This document shows, one piece after another, positions 14,819-23,922 of a stretch of DNA of 40,900 nucleotides; positions within the stretch are counted from its first letter, which is position 1, and each line of letters opens with the position of its first letter. Both the position numbers and the translations under genes were made by a program. Below the pieces are notes generated by a model. It worked only from the letters and a program-made list of their open reading frames with translations. It had not been told where the DNA came from and did no database searches. The DNA lies in sequence record NC_003214.2, one strand, 5' to 3'.

Positions 14819-15109
14819 ATGCAACTTAAAGCCACAAGTTTTAGGGCGAATGAAAAAATAATATTCGTGTTAAATTCTAATAAACTTTTTTGTGAGACTT
14901 ACGACGAATTTTTAAATAGATTAATTGATGAATGTGAAGGAGCAATAAATTACGCTAATAACGACATAACTGAAACCTTATCGATTTATTCTTTCAAACT
15001 ATCTTCAGAAACGATTGGGAAACTTAGCACAATAGCAAAAAAATATAGAATTTCTAGAAGTGAAGCTTTCCGAAAATTGATAATAGCAAAGGCTGAGGGG
15101 CTGTGTTAA
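14819..15109 (+). CDS. Probable tandem RHH regulator (96 aa)
   Basis: SIYSFKLSSETIGKLSTIAKKYRISRSEAFRKLI is a classic RHH; the N-terminal half is a weaker copy. Confidence 0.78.
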   Translation: MQLKATSFRANEKIIFVLNSNKLFCETYDEFLNRLIDECEGAINYANNDITETLSIYSFKLSSETIGKLSTIAKKYRISRSEAFRKLIIAKAEGLC

Positions 15110-15160
15110 TTGCACAAGTTATCAAAAAAGGGTGGTATATAGACTTCAAGGTGAGTTCAC

Positions 15161-15490
15161 TTGTCGACATCCCAACAAAATACTTACTCTACACAAAAAC
15201 AATCGGTGAAGAAAAGTATGGCACAGACGCTATGTGTCACATTGTCTTTCCGTTACGACGAATGGAGCCATCCTTTATTCGTGGAGGGTACAATTTGCCA
15301 ACCATTGACAAACGAAAAAGACCAAATCAAGGAGATGGAGGAGGAATTAGAGGACATGATATTGGATCTGTTTGGTATTCAAGTATTATCTTTATTAGAG
15401 GACGAGGGGGTATGGTATGGGGGTGCAGTGGGACGACGGATTACATGGTACCACCGGTATCCGGGAGACGGGGGAGAGTATACATGGTAG
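15161..15490 (+). CDS. Acidic hypothetical protein (109 aa, TTG start)
   Basis: AGGTGA SD 6 nt upstream; its stop overlaps ATG 15484. Confidence 0.7.
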   Translation: MSTSQQNTYSTQKQSVKKSMAQTLCVTLSFRYDEWSHPLFVEGTICQPLTNEKDQIKEMEEELEDMILDLFGIQVLSLLEDEGVWYGGAVGRRITWYHRYPGDGGEYTW

Positions 15491-15900
15491 ACGCTAAACA
15501 GATATTGAAGCTTGATATTGATGTTGACGTGAACTTCTATGATCCTAATTGGCTTCTCCAGAAGAAATTAGATATGTTACACGCACTAGGATATCAAGAA
15601 GAAGAAGCATGGTGGGAATATTCGCCGTCAGGAAAACATATTCATGTAATCATCGTCCTAAAGGATCCCATTTCTACTAAGGAGTTGTTTGATCTTCAGT
15701 TCCTATTAGGAGACGACCACAAACGCGTTTATTTCAACTATCTGAGATATTCAGTAATGAAGGAAGACGCGGTACACTTTAATGTACTTTATACGTATAA
15801 GAAGTCTTTAACTTTCTCTGATAAACTCAAGGCTATTTTTCGACATTGGTTTAAGTCAAAGCAGTACTCAAAAAACCTAAGACTAGGACAAACAACGTGA
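15484..15900 (+). CDS. Minimal AEP (primase-polymerase)-like catalytic domain (138 aa; frame open back to GTG 15103)
   Basis: ILKLDID (motif I), YSPSGKHIHV (motif II), LGDD (motif III candidate). Confidence 0.65.
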   Translation: MVDAKQILKLDIDVDVNFYDPNWLLQKKLDMLHALGYQEEEAWWEYSPSGKHIHVIIVLKDPISTKELFDLQFLLGDDHKRVYFNYLRYSVMKEDAVHFNVLYTYKKSLTFSDKLKAIFRHWFKSKQYSKNLRLGQTT

Positions 15901-15986
15901 TATAGTTTACCTGGGATTTCTTCAACAATTGCATAACGTACGAGAATTTTCCCTTCTCCTGCCCACCCTTCTTCTGTAATTCTCAT
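15789..15986 (-). CDS. 65-aa protein resembling a HicB antitoxin N-terminal domain
   Basis: IVEEIPGKLYHVVCPSL...FDLNQCRKIA pattern; ATG ~26 nt below the bidirectional TATA at 16011-16024; 3' end antisense to 15484-15900. Confidence 0.55.
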   Translation of the reverse strand: MRITEEGWAGEGKILVRYAIVEEIPGKLYHVVCPSLRFFEYCFDLNQCRKIALSLSEKVKDFLYV

Positions 15987-16043
15987 ATCATCATACTTAT
16001 CGGGGGCACAAAATTTAAATATTTTGTATCCATACTATCATGT

Positions 16044-16394
16044 ATGGGAGAAGAAAATATTGAGTTGCCTGAAGGCAACAATAAATCGGAAACAGAAAAA
16101 TACATAGAAGACTTGATAAATTCCATAGAAAGTGAACTACCAAAGCACGTAAATTATACAACAGGGATAATTGTTGATGACGAAAGGAATCTGCTAATTA
16201 TAAAGAACGGGAAGTTACATGTAGGTAGAGATGAAAATAATGCAAAAGAAATAAAAGAGTATGTAAAAGATGCTAATGCGGGATATTTGATCAATGCTTT
16301 ATACGTCTTAAAACAAATGTTAGCGTCATATAAAGACCTATGGTCAGGAAAAATAGAAAGAGAAGCGAAAAAGGCATTAAACGAAATAATCTAA
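16044..16394 (+). CDS. Hypothetical protein (116 aa)
   Basis: Leaderless, 23 nt after TTTAAATA (16014-16021). Confidence 0.85.
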   Translation: MGEENIELPEGNNKSETEKYIEDLINSIESELPKHVNYTTGIIVDDERNLLIIKNGKLHVGRDENNAKEIKEYVKDANAGYLINALYVLKQMLASYKDLWSGKIEREAKKALNEII

Positions 16395-16395
16395 G

Positions 16396-16791
16396 TCATT
16401 CTTCCTCTTCAGCCTCTTCGTCAAGAAACTTTTTTAGTTTCTTTTTATTCTTTTTCTTTAACGGCTCTATTTGTACATCTTGTGATTGTTGTGCTTGTTT
16501 CTGTTGCATAAATTGTTGAGCTAGCATCATTTGTAACCAATTTCCACTTCCTTCAGACCCAGGGCGTATTATTCCCGATTGTGTAAGTAGCTGAACCATT
16601 TCATTAATATGAGTGATAGCAATTTTAACATCCTCTAAAGTCCATTGACCTTTCAAGTGATTATCTAAGATAGACGCAACTGTCTTTACTGCCTGCTTTG
16701 TCTTTTCAAGCTGTTCTTGTAGTTCCTGTACTTTCTTTTCTAGTTCTTCTATCTTCTTATTGACATCTTGCTCGGGTTTTTGTTCACTCAT
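16396..16791 (-). CDS. Coiled-coil, Q-rich protein (131 aa)
   Basis: Heptad N-terminus, polyQ-rich segment, basic/acidic tail; overlaps the upstream stop. Confidence 0.88.
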   Translation of the reverse strand: MSEQKPEQDVNKKIEELEKKVQELQEQLEKTKQAVKTVASILDNHLKGQWTLEDVKIAITHINEMVQLLTQSGIIRPGSEGSGNWLQMMLAQQFMQQKQAQQSQDVQIEPLKKKNKKKLKKFLDEEAEEEE

Positions 16792-17320
16792 CTTTCAACA
16801 CTTCCTCAACGTCTTTAACTACGCTTTCGTTCTTAGAGTTTCTTGAGTAAATTACTGTATAAGCGTACTTGTCGTCGTTACCGAATTTTACTCTAAGATT
16901 TCTCATGTGGTTTCCTGCTCTAACTTTTGTTTCCTGAAGCGTTTTCTCTAGTATCCTGATAATTACATCGTTTAATGATACCATTATTACTGCGTCACCA
17001 TCATCAGTAACATAAGCACCTGCATCTATCCCGAACTTTTTGAGTTTTGATAGAATTTTCGAGTTCACTTCTCTCAAGTCCTCATCAACGAGTTCTTTCA
17101 TCCCCACTAAAAATAACTTCCCATCCTTGATTTTCATATTCCACAACTCCTTATTGATATCCGCAGTTATCTTTTCAGCAAAATGTTTATATTTTACTGC
17201 AACTAATGCAGTTTTTTCATTTATTGCCCCGGCGACAGGGTCTATTTCCATCTTCTTCAGCGATTCCGTGAATACTTTAAATACGTAAGCTACACTGCCT
17301 TGCAATCTTACTTTTTGCAT
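16784..17320 (-). CDS. Hypothetical protein (178 aa)
   Basis: Long ORF immediately downstream of the MCPs. Confidence 0.9.
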   Translation of the reverse strand: MQKVRLQGSVAYVFKVFTESLKKMEIDPVAGAINEKTALVAVKYKHFAEKITADINKELWNMKIKDGKLFLVGMKELVDEDLREVNSKILSKLKKFGIDAGAYVTDDGDAVIMVSLNDVIIRILEKTLQETKVRAGNHMRNLRVKFGNDDKYAYTVIYSRNSKNESVVKDVEEVLKDE

Positions 17321-17352
17321 AAATAAAAATAGGGATACAGAATAAAAAAAGA

Positions 17353-17856
17353 TTACTTCTTAACCAACTTGAATAACGCGTCTTCAATCTCGGTTAGAAC
17401 TTTAGACATGTCAACAGTTACAGGTTTCCCGTCCTTTCTAACAAATGTGTAGATGAAACCACTAGTGACACCTAATCCCGCACCTGATTGTCTTTGCATT
17501 AATTCCCACAAGAAGTTATGATGTATTTCCACAAGTGGTTCGCCCTTATAGTCCAATATATAATTCGCTAAAACTTTCTCAGCAAACGCCATTAATAATC
17601 CCTGATATGCTCCTGGTATATTATATTTTCCTGAGATTTGTTTGACTACCTCTTTTGCTAAATGTGATGGTGCGTAATCCGTAACCCAATTGTAGGTTTC
17701 TTGTTCGCTGAGCCTCGCGATGGCTCTCATTATTTCTGGGTTTCCAGCAATTGATAATCCATTTACGTGCCCAGTTGTACCAATATTCATTGAAATTCTT
17801 TTTAAATAATATCTATAAACAGACGCAGAACTTAATCTCCTATTTCTCCTTGCCAC
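17353..17856 (-). CDS. gp35: Major capsid protein 1 (167 aa, SIRV2-like helix-bundle fold)
   Basis: Basic DNA-binding N-terminus MARRNRR...; GAYQGLLMAFAEKV; recognised as SIFV MCP1; GGTGA SD. Confidence 0.92.
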   Translation of the reverse strand: MARRNRRLSSASVYRYYLKRISMNIGTTGHVNGLSIAGNPEIMRAIARLSEQETYNWVTDYAPSHLAKEVVKQISGKYNIPGAYQGLLMAFAEKVLANYILDYKGEPLVEIHHNFLWELMQRQSGAGLGVTSGFIYTFVRKDGKPVTVDMSKVLTEIEDALFKLVKK

Positions 17857-17867
17857 CTTTCACCACC

Positions 17868-18482
17868 TCATAACCCTCTTTCAATATCCTCTAATGCCTT
17901 ATAAGCAGATTCCATGCTACTGAAGGTACCAGTACCCGCATAGTGTGGTGTAACCGTCGGTACCTTGGTTTTCATTAGTACACCAGCGTAGCTATTGGGT
18001 AGTGCAGGCATACTTGTTACGATGTTGTCCACTGTTGATACTACATTAGTATGGTCTAATGTTACTGAACCGATTTGCTCTGCAACTGCTGGTACAAGTT
18101 CCTTCAATTGATTCCCGACTTCCGCAAGTAACGTTTTCACAGTCATAGCAGGCACACCTCTAGCCACATATTTTGTAACAAGGAATGAAGCAGTTTCTTT
18201 ATGAGTCAGATATACGGCGTATATAGCCTCATTAACTAATTGCCATAATGGGAATGTGGCACCCGCACCGGCTAATTTCACAAGGGTAGGTCTTAATGCA
18301 TTGTGCATTTTATTGTATATTTCAACGAATACGTCATTGTAGTTACTATACATATTCTCTACTAATTGTTGTGCGTACTTCTCACCCATGTAGTTTACGA
18401 ATATTCCGTAAAGTTTACCTTTATACCTAGTTGATGTGTCGTTCCTTACGTCGATTTTCTTATGTGATTGTCTACCCGCCAT
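17868..18482 (-). CDS. gp36: Major capsid protein 2 (204 aa)
   Basis: MAGRQSHKKIDVRNDTSTRYKGKL...; recognised as SIFV MCP2; tandem with MCP1. Confidence 0.92.
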   Translation of the reverse strand: MAGRQSHKKIDVRNDTSTRYKGKLYGIFVNYMGEKYAQQLVENMYSNYNDVFVEIYNKMHNALRPTLVKLAGAGATFPLWQLVNEAIYAVYLTHKETASFLVTKYVARGVPAMTVKTLLAEVGNQLKELVPAVAEQIGSVTLDHTNVVSTVDNIVTSMPALPNSYAGVLMKTKVPTVTPHYAGTGTFSSMESAYKALEDIERGL

Positions 18483-18544
18483 ACTATATCAGTTCATAAT
18501 ACTAGTAGAAAAATATATAAATATTTGGATACATATATGATATT

Positions 18545-18814
18545 ATGCAACTCACTAAAACGCAGTTTGTCCGTTGTGTGTTTCTTCTTTTAGCTAACTC
18601 TAAAAAGTATACTATTCCCCAAGCTGTCAGAATCTCTTACAGACTATTAGATAAAACAAGAGTAAGTCTAAAAACGAAAGAGAGACTGTTAGTATTGTTA
18701 GATGCTCTCGAAAGCGGAAAAATCACACCTAGAGAGTTCACAAAAAGGCTTTTCCTTGAGTATCCTAAACCATCAGATAAAGTTAAAGTATTAAGCCTTA
18801 AGATATTCGAATGA
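18545..18814 (+). CDS. Basic helical hypothetical protein (89 aa)
   Basis: Divergent from MCP2 across an AT-rich promoter region. Confidence 0.75.
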
Positions 18815-19015
18815 ATAACATCCGTCTTTAAATAAGTCCTCAAGTTGTTTTGGAATGTAAAGGCATTTCCTTTTTGCCGTTCTTATACACTTCAACCCTA
18901 CTATTTTTCCCTCAACGATAATAGGATAAACCCGACCTTCGTCAAAATTATCTTCGAGTTGCTTTGGGATATAAAGCACCTTTTTGTTACCTATTTCTCT
19001 AAGGCAAAGACTCAT
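18791..19015 (-). CDS. Tandem AbrB/SpoVT-like repeat protein (74 aa)
   Basis: LYIPKQLED occurs twice; ATGA coupling to the upstream ORF. Confidence 0.75.
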
Positions 19016-19500
19016 TCATACAACACCCCATAGACCCCACAATTCACGGGCTTATTATAACTAAAGACGAGTTTCAAACACCACCCTATTGCCTCCAGGC
19101 TCATGGGATTCATATTATATTTCACGTACACCTTAATAATAGGTTCTGAATTGTCATTATACCCTGTTTTCGTCTTTATTACCTCTGCCTCATCGTAATA
19201 AAACAACTGTTGACCTACCCAAATAAACACTGCGTTGTTGTAGAGGGAAAATGGGGGTTTTACTTCTATCATTGATGCACCCGAATATCCTAGTTTAGTT
19301 AGAAGCTGGGGTGCGAATGGTTTTTTAAAATCATACACTTTTAGATATGCTAATATAACGTCAAAAACGTTAGTGCATAGTTCGTATTTCTTGTCGTACT
19401 CGTCTTTAAAGTCGTAATCGAATTCATTTAGACAAGTATAACGTTTTCCTGAATTTTCGTAAAGGTTGTAAATTTTTCTCGCCATCTCATAAGAGTCCAT
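19012..19500 (-). CDS. Hypothetical protein (162 aa)
   Basis: GAGGTGA SD; operon packing. Confidence 0.88.
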
Positions 19501-19504
19501 TTTA

Positions 19505-20137
19505 TTATCTCACCTCTCTTCTAGATATTGTCTCTCGGCATAAGTCTATAAACTTTCCTAAACGGCTTATGCACTCAGGTTCAACACAGTCCATCGCAAT
19601 AAGTGTCAAAGTCCTTTCCGCGGTTTCCCATTCTCGTGCAAAAATAGCTTCAATGAGTTTGACAGTATCCTTATTTGTCCCCATTTCTTTTACAATTGCA
19701 TAACACTCAGGATAATGTGTACGAGTGTACTCCTTTGCTTTTTTGTATTCTTCTCCTTTCGTTAAAACTTTATCATTCGTAATGGAAAGCTTTGCCAGTA
19801 TTCTATCTAAGTCAAGATCAGCATTTTTAGGAGGTGTAAGTGTGGCTGAAGGGGTAAGTTTTTCCAGTTCTTCACAAAGCTTCTTTCCTTCCGTGAATAA
19901 TTGCTGAGCATTAGGGTATTGATAGAAGAACGGCATACTATAAGCAAAATACATGTTCATAACAGGGTCATAGAACATATGCAAATGATCTTTGGCAACT
20001 GTCACGTTTATTGATACTTGATTACATTGAACTAATGCTACTCCTTTAATATAATAAGTGTTGTACCTCTTCACTATCCCATTCTTTTTGGCGTATTCAA
20101 GGAGTTTAACGAAAGTCGCTAGATTCCATTGTGGCAA
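19505..20137 (-). CDS. Hypothetical protein (210 aa, TTG start)
   Basis: AGGGGG SD 7 nt upstream; overlaps the GT end. Confidence 0.88.
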   Translation of the reverse strand: MPQWNLATFVKLLEYAKKNGIVKRYNTYYIKGVALVQCNQVSINVTVAKDHLHMFYDPVMNMYFAYSMPFFYQYPNAQQLFTEGKKLCEELEKLTPSATLTPPKNADLDLDRILAKLSITNDKVLTKGEEYKKAKEYTRTHYPECYAIVKEMGTNKDTVKLIEAIFAREWETAERTLTLIAMDCVEPECISRLGKFIDLCRETISRREVR

Positions 20138-20957
20138 TTATATACCCCCTAGCTTTATTTTTTGCTTTTTCACTTAAATCTTCATATTCATCCTTTCCTA
20201 TCGTCAATGCGTGATTTATTTCGTATCGCAGTTCGTGAATGCTCAAGTCCCATACTCTAAAACAATGTTTGTTATCAACACAATACGTGTATTCATCTAT
20301 AGGGTCTATAGGAATTCCTACTAGATTCTCTTTATAACCATGAGCGTCAAGGTAAATTGGGACAACACCTAATGCCATAGCTTCAATTGGAGGGATACCA
20401 AAGCCTTCGCTCTTCGATAAAGCAAGAAAGAACTTACTCCTAGCGTAAAGTCTGTATTTCTCTTCTTCAGAAAGCTGAAAAGTAGGGTAATCTGGGTTAC
20501 CTAAATTTCCTATAATAATTGTCTTATCCCTTACTCCAAATTCACGAGTAATTTTATCTATAAGCGTCAAATTCTTTCTATCAAAATATCTAGATTCCCC
20601 CAACGTTACGAATATTTTGTCCTTTTTCTCCCCTACGAAAATAGGTTTGATATGTCTCTTCATAACTCCTTTGATTTTGTACCCTAATTTTTCAAACATT
20701 TGGTAGTTCCAATAACTTGCCATTATTACATTATCATATTTCGCCATTTCGTTCTTATAGTATAATGCGTCATATACAGTATCACCCCACAAAAGACATG
20801 TTACTTCATCTTCTAACCCTTTTATTCTCTTTAAGAACAAAACCGGGTCGTCAATACATACATCAGCATCAAATAGGTTATGGGTTATTTTGAAATTTTC
20901 ATATTCTGCTACTTTCTCATAACTACATTTTTCACAAGGTACGTATGCTTTAATCAA
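20106..20957 (-). CDS. GT-B (GT4) glycosyltransferase; start probably TTG 20957
   Basis: LSKSEGFGIPPIEAMALG; N-terminus aligned to the other GTs via CxxC. Confidence 0.9.
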   Translation of the reverse strand: MIKAYVPCEKCSYEKVAEYENFKITHNLFDADVCIDDPVLFLKRIKGLEDEVTCLLWGDTVYDALYYKNEMAKYDNVIMASYWNYQMFEKLGYKIKGVMKRHIKPIFVGEKKDKIFVTLGESRYFDRKNLTLIDKITREFGVRDKTIIIGNLGNPDYPTFQLSEEEKYRLYARSKFFLALSKSEGFGIPPIEAMALGVVPIYLDAHGYKENLVGIPIDPIDEYTYCVDNKHCFRVWDLSIHELRYEINHALTIGKDEYEDLSEKAKNKARGYIIATMESSDFR

Positions 20958-21031
20958 GCGGATCCCCAGGAAATATTGTATCCACTTATTATTTATAACA
21001 ATATGGTATATTATTATATCAGTGAGTAGAT

Positions 21032-21250
21032 ATGAGTTATAGCCAAATATCCTCTTCCCTAAGTTCAGTGGCATCGAGCTTGATAACAGCAATAACTAAC
21101 TTCCTAGCAGGAGTTGCTAACTTCATAGCACAAAATGCTGATTTGTTTGCTACTATTGTCGGAATTGGCATAATAGTAGGATTAATAATGAAATTCGGTT
21201 CAAGTCTACCGTTCATAGGCAACTTCTTAAACTACGTAGGTCTAGCATAA
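21032..21250 (+). CDS. Small hydrophobic membrane/virion protein (72 aa)
   Basis: Amphipathic helix plus TM segment (LFATIVGIGIIVGLIM); T-tract terminator. Confidence 0.85.
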   Translation: MSYSQISSSLSSVASSLITAITNFLAGVANFIAQNADLFATIVGIGIIVGLIMKFGSSLPFIGNFLNYVGLA

Positions 21251-21277
21251 AAAAACAATAAAACTATTTTTTTATAT

Positions 21278-21547
21278 TTATCCTTCACATAATTTACTTT
21301 TTTTCAACTCTTGTACATGTGTGCACAAAGCTAGAACAATTGCGTTTAACTTCTTATTTATGTCACTCTCGTTTAATGCTTTTACAATTATATTAGTAAC
21401 CTCGTCACTTCTCATGTATTCAATAATCTCCTTTCTTATCTCCTCTTTTTTCGCAACTGTGTTTATATGCTTTATTCGCATTAGCGTATATATTATTGAT
21501 ACAATATAAAATAAACTCGAAACTATGTAGATAATCTCGAATAACAT
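21278..21547 (-). CDS. gp43: Virus-associated pyramid protein (89 aa, N-terminal TM)
   Basis: TM at residues ~3-23 then an amphipathic helical body; size and position match the recalled SIFV gp43. Confidence 0.75.
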   Translation of the reverse strand: MLFEIIYIVSSLFYIVSIIYTLMRIKHINTVAKKEEIRKEIIEYMRSDEVTNIIVKALNESDINKKLNAIVLALCTHVQELKKSKLCEG

Positions 21548-21619
21548 ATTTCCCCCTAAATCATATGTAAAAACAAACCTTTAAAATATAAGGATTCATG
21601 TTTACCACACCTCTGGAAA

Positions 21620-21641
21620 TATGATATCACAAATTTATAAG
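21620..21641 (+). promoter_or_regulatory. TATGATATCACA operator plus TATA
   Basis: 22-bp identity with the reverse complement of 12007-12028. Confidence 0.75.
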
Positions 21642-21682
21642 TTTGGATACCAAAAGAATAGTGGCAAAGGTGGTGATAATAA

Positions 21683-22153
21683 ATGGTAGCTAAAGTATTT
21701 TATATGTGTCCCATTGATTATAAAGATATTTTAACTCTCGACCTGGAAACAAGAAGTGTGGGAATAAGAAAATGTGATCATGTTTTTGGTTATATAATAC
21801 CGCCTTCACATTCAGTTAGAGAAGATGAAATTTGTCCTAAGCAATATAGGATAAGGTCATGGCATATTGGTAAGGCGATATATGGAGTTTGTATATCGTT
21901 TGAAAACGGGGTTAAATATGTAGTTAGGGACATAAAGAAATTGAAAGAAATATTAGAAGAATTATTGAATTATCCAAAAGATCAAATAATATATTTCATT
22001 CTTGGCGAGTTCGAAAGAGAAAAAATTATAGATATGATAAAGGATATGATAAAAGATATGTTTGTAGGTTATAAAGCAAATAACGAATTTTGTACTCCTA
22101 AAACGATTACTATAATAGGAGTTCTAAATAAAGTGACGATTTATTTTCTTTAA
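21683..22153 (+). CDS. Hypothetical protein (156 aa)
   Basis: GGTGGTGA SD; own promoter. Confidence 0.85.
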   Translation: MVAKVFYMCPIDYKDILTLDLETRSVGIRKCDHVFGYIIPPSHSVREDEICPKQYRIRSWHIGKAIYGVCISFENGVKYVVRDIKKLKEILEELLNYPKDQIIYFILGEFEREKIIDMIKDMIKDMFVGYKANNEFCTPKTITIIGVLNKVTIYFL

Positions 22154-23145
22154 GCTAATATTTTCTCCCATTCTTTTGCAATATTTATATAATTATATCT
22201 TTCCCTGTAAAGTATTGCACGATTTTCAAGGTTTTCCTTTTTCTTTTCTGGGTGCCAATTGGCTAAAGCCATAACTAATTTTTGATAAGCGTCATTATAA
22301 TCAGGTTCCAAAAAATAGCCAACGTGGAAGAGATTTGTATACCACAACTTAACCTTCTTATTAACTTTGATCCAATAAACATCGTCATTATTAAGTATCC
22401 ATTCACTCCATGCACCCTTTTCAGTAACTACAACATCAAGACCCAACGCCAAGGCTTCTATAACTGGTATTTCAAAAGCACCGCCACGAACGGGATAAAA
22501 CAAGATATCACATCCCGCAAACAACGAATAATAATCGGGGTCTGGCAATGGGGTCTTTACAGCGTTTAACCCCCTTAATCTAGGCTCTAGCATGTTTGAA
22601 ACTAGTATAAGAGGGTAGAAGTGATAACCAGAATTCATTAACTCACGGAAAACATTCACCACTATATCCCCTCCTTTCCTATCCCAAGAATGAGGTAAAA
22701 TGGCTAAAACGCAAGGGTGTGGCATTTCCTTAGGAGGGTATGAGAACATGCTTGGGTTTAGAGCGTGAGGGATAACGTATATGGGTTGTGGGATAGGTAA
22801 CTTAAGGGTATAGAACGCATTCTTGCTCCATTGAGAAGGTACTATTATTTTATCGACAGGCTGGTGTCTAAAGAAATACAAGGCTACACTGCTTATGGCA
22901 TCAGTATCCGCTACTTCAAATACTATGTTCTTCCCGTGTTTAGGAATACCCTTCCAGAACAATTGAGTGTTGAAAATTGTGTAATAAATATAATCATCAA
23001 AACCAGGTGGTAAATCTTCTTTTCTGATACTATTCTTTTCAAATGACGTTACTTCATGCCCTAACTCCTTTAACCCCTTCTCTAAAAGTGTTGCTTGTCT
23101 GCCGAATGAGTTGTTTGTAAGATCTCTTACAAGGGCAATTTTCAT
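22150..23145 (-). CDS. GT-B (GT4) glycosyltransferase; start ATG 23145
   Basis: WDRKGGD, PVRGGAFEIPVIEALALG; TATA ~25 nt upstream. Confidence 0.93.
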   Translation of the reverse strand: MKIALVRDLTNNSFGRQATLLEKGLKELGHEVTSFEKNSIRKEDLPPGFDDYIYYTIFNTQLFWKGIPKHGKNIVFEVADTDAISSVALYFFRHQPVDKIIVPSQWSKNAFYTLKLPIPQPIYVIPHALNPSMFSYPPKEMPHPCVLAILPHSWDRKGGDIVVNVFRELMNSGYHFYPLILVSNMLEPRLRGLNAVKTPLPDPDYYSLFAGCDILFYPVRGGAFEIPVIEALALGLDVVVTEKGAWSEWILNNDDVYWIKVNKKVKLWYTNLFHVGYFLEPDYNDAYQKLVMALANWHPEKKKENLENRAILYRERYNYINIAKEWEKILA

Positions 23146-23208
23146 ATGTTTAATGGATAAAGGATCGGGTATAAATATATTACACTGTAAATCTTTAATT
23201 TCCACTTA

Positions 23209-23874
23209 ATGGTGAGAGTAGTTACATTCTTTGGCAATTCGACATACCTTGATGAAGTCGTACAAAAAAACAAAGTAACTGACGTATACATAGATAGAAG
23301 TTATACATATAAGTTAGGAAGTAAATGGCAAGGAGTTCCAGATTCATTACTTCCTGAAGACACCATTTTTCTAAATCCGTCAGATATTGAAGAACTTTCA
23401 GAAAAACTTGCATCATACGGTGTACACTCAGTCATATCAGACACAGGTATAAAATACTCGGGTGTAGAGCGAGAAGTAATGAATAGACGATTGCGTATAG
23501 CGAAAATGATTACCACCATACTAAATGATATATACGATGATATACTGTTTGTCGATAGTGACGTGGTACTTAATGAAAACGTATTTAAGGAAATCTCATC
23601 TTCTACGTCGCCTATGCCAATGTCAATATGCATACCAGCATTAATGAAACCGTCGACGTTTGTCGTATTCATTTTTTGCTATTCGACAAACTTCTACTTA
23701 CCGTTATCTCTTCATGATAAGTTATATGATGCAATGAAAATGTATATCGACAGACAGATATACACTACGTATCCAGTAGACTTATACATACATAACTCCG
23801 TACTTAATACACGTAAAATAATACTTAACAGAGGTGTATGTCATTATATAAGAGGTAATGTATACTGTATATAA
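23209..23874 (+). CDS. Probable GT-A (GT2-like) glycosyltransferase (221 aa)
   Basis: [12 protein letters not shown] (DxD) and C-terminal CHY. Confidence 0.65.
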
Positions 23875-23922
23875 CTACGTTGTAGTAACAGTTATTAATG
23901 GAAATGATAATTTGTATTATGT

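Noticed and set aside
15103-15900. Single 265-aa gene as the default annotation
   Set aside because: The middle segment reads like an off-frame translation, and the 15161 ORF has the strong SD. Kept only as a dual-coding hypothesis.
20958-21092. N-terminal extensions of track ORFs (also 2494-2556, 4287-4295, 7143-7157, 23146-23205, 25098-25169)
   Set aside because: They run through promoters or divergent genes; SD, TATA spacing or stop-start overlap favour the shorter starts.
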